A stretch of DNA of 64,000 nt, from positions 283-64,282 of the forward strand of contig JBBISF010000007.1 in assembly GCA_037441425.1 (NCBI GenBank), given 5' to 3'. Shown piece after piece: positions 62,438-64,000 of the stretch (positions are counted from its first letter, which is position 1; the number at the start of each line of letters is the position of its first letter). Source of the stretch: Verrucomicrobiia bacterium (lineage in GTDB: Bacteria > Verrucomicrobiota > Verrucomicrobiia > Palsa-1439). The translations under genes were made by a program, and so were the position numbers. Below the pieces are notes generated by a model that saw only the letters and a list, made by a program, of their open reading frames with translations, ran no database searches and was not told where the DNA came from.

Positions 62438-63544
62438 TCACACCTTAAAACTGAGTGCTGCCAGTTTCCCAGCCAGACTCTGGCGGCCACCCCGGAGTTG
62501 AACGCGGGTGTTAAAGAACTCCCGCCGCACCGGATACTCAGCGCGAAGCTTGTCGAACTGCGGGACGTTCTTCCGCAACGCCGCGTCGTCGGCGGTAATG
62601 TCGTAGAGCCGGCGGATAACATGGCGCAGGACGTCCTCATCGTCGTCGGTCGGAATAACAAACAACTCCAAATCCGGCAATGCCGGTGGTGGCAATTTCG
62701 GACGCCATGTCGGCACAATCTCAAAGAACCGGCAGGCTGCTTCGTAGATCATTCGCGTGCCGTTGACCTTGCCGTCGAAACTGTACCCGGCAATGTGCGG
62801 TGTGCCGAGGTCCACCACGTCCAGCAGTTCCGGAAAGATGCGCGGCTCGTTTTCCCAAACATCAAGAACAACGGCGGGAAGGCGATCCCCATCCATCGCT
62901 TTTAACAGTGCCGGGTTGTCCACCGCCGCGCCCCGCGAAGTATTGATCAGGATGAATCGTTCGAGATTGTCGCGATGGAATAAATGGAGAGTCGCGTCCG
63001 GCCCCTCGCGCGTCAGCGGGACATGCAAGGTCACGATGTCGGCTTGCGCGAGAACGCAATCCAACGACACGAAATTCGGCAGATGTTCCCGGCGCTGACG
63101 CGGCGGGTCATTGGGAAGTACGCGCATTCCCAAGGCCTCGGCATACCGGACGACCTTGCTGCCGACGTTGCCGACCCCGACGACGCCGAGCGTCTTGTCA
63201 CGGAGCCGGAACTTCTGCCGGTGCGCTAACTCCAACAGCGCAGCGATGATGTATTCGGCCACGGAATTGGCGTTGCTGCCGGCCGCGCTGGCAAATGCGA
63301 TGTCGTGCGCCGCCAGATATTTCCGGTCGATGTGATCAAACCCGATGGTGGCCGTGGCGACGAACTTGACCTGACTGCCTTCCAACAACGCGGCATTGAC
63401 CGGGGTGACGGAACGCACGAGCAGGATGCCGGCTTCGCGCACGGCTGCGGCGGTCATCTGGCGACCGGGGACAAGAGTGATTTCGCCCAACGAACCGAAG
63501 GCTTCGCGGACGAACGGGATGTTGGGATCGGCAACAATCTTCAT
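62438..63544 (-). CDS. pdxB: 4-phosphoerythronate dehydrogenase
   Basis: MKIVADPNIP, VRSVT, TATIGFDH, GVGNVG, DVWENEP, TPHIAGYS, YPVRREF. Confidence 0.93.
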   Translation of the reverse strand: MKIVADPNIPFVREAFGSLGEITLVPGRQMTAAAVREAGILLVRSVTPVNAALLEGSQVKFVATATIGFDHIDRKYLAAHDIAFASAAGSNANSVAEYIIAALLELAHRQKFRLRDKTLGVVGVGNVGSKVVRYAEALGMRVLPNDPPRQRREHLPNFVSLDCVLAQADIVTLHVPLTREGPDATLHLFHRDNLERFILINTSRGAAVDNPALLKAMDGDRLPAVVLDVWENEPRIFPELLDVVDLGTPHIAGYSFDGKVNGTRMIYEAACRFFEIVPTWRPKLPPPALPDLELFVIPTDDDEDVLRHVIRRLYDITADDAALRKNVPQFDKLRAEYPVRREFFNTRVQLRGGRQSLAGKLAALSFKV

Positions 63545-63546
63545 AC

Positions 63547-63933
63547 TCAGTTATTCAGCGGGTCATTCAGCCGGGCGCGCGTCTGAATATGACCGGCATC
63601 CGTCGCCAAGTCGCGCGTTTCCCATGGATCTTGTTCGAGATCGAATAACTGCCTGCGCAGCAGTTCCCCGAGCAACGGCACCTGTTCCGGGTCGATCACC
63701 GGCGGGTCGGGCGACCAACCGGTATGGAGCATCGCCCGGCTCGGGGCGCACATCGCGCCATGCGTCGAACCTAGGGTGTGGGCCTGTGTGTAACAGGTCC
63801 TGCGGGCTACAAACCGATCGAGGCTCAGCGTTTGACAGGGCGTTCGCCCGAGCACGTTGAGCAGATCAAACCGCTGGTCGTCCGCCATGGTGAAAACAAT
63901 ATTCGGTGGCCGTGGCCCCCGGCTTACGTTCAT
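63547..63933 (-). pseudogene. Internally deleted sulfatase remnant
   Basis: PNIVF..ADDQR and CAPSRAMLHTG N-terminus fused in frame to a QLFDL..DPWE..LA C-terminus; only about 128 aa. Confidence 0.75.
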
Positions 63934-64000
63934 CTTGTGGATCAACATACCGGACGGACCCGTCACTGTGAATCGAAAATGCGATGTCCGCTCTCCCCGT

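Overview
High-GC bacterial chromosomal window. The rpoZ, the dnaK-groES-groEL order, the ACIII-caa3 operon and the TPR/Zn-ribbon proteins suggest Verrucomicrobiota/PVC, but this is inference. The window opens at the 3' end of an rRNA operon (23S end, 5S, terminator). Next come rfbA, a small AraC-linked sugar-oxidation locus and a ~9 kb metal-uptake region. That region holds a His/CxxC leader ORF ending in a RAPP arrest motif, an outer-membrane protein, two Zn/Mn-type ABC cassettes, an embedded peptidoglycan amidase and an inverted lgt. A ~16 kb alternative complex III + caa3 oxidase operon follows. The rest contains aroD, a URO-D-family gene, fdhD, purF-purM-lepB, a DUF2723/TPR glycosyltransferase-like gene, a ZIP transporter, a MacAB-TolC-type system, a second lgt, suhB, pilT, exeAB-like genes, smpB, rpoZ, groEL, groES, dnaK, pdxB and three deletion-scarred gene remnants. 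The most notable observations are: (1) the leader's RAPP codons are complementary to the Shine-Dalgarno of the next gene, suggesting a metal-sensing ribosome-stalling switch; (2) an unexplained ~60-bp hairpin element occurs twice, in two divergent promoter regions; (3) many genes have apparently leaderless promoters, including a divergent pair sharing one palindromic -35; (4) a sigma54/IHF-type promoter sits upstream of dnaK. No CRISPR array, tRNA or transposase was seen. All product calls come from motif recognition by eye, not database searches.
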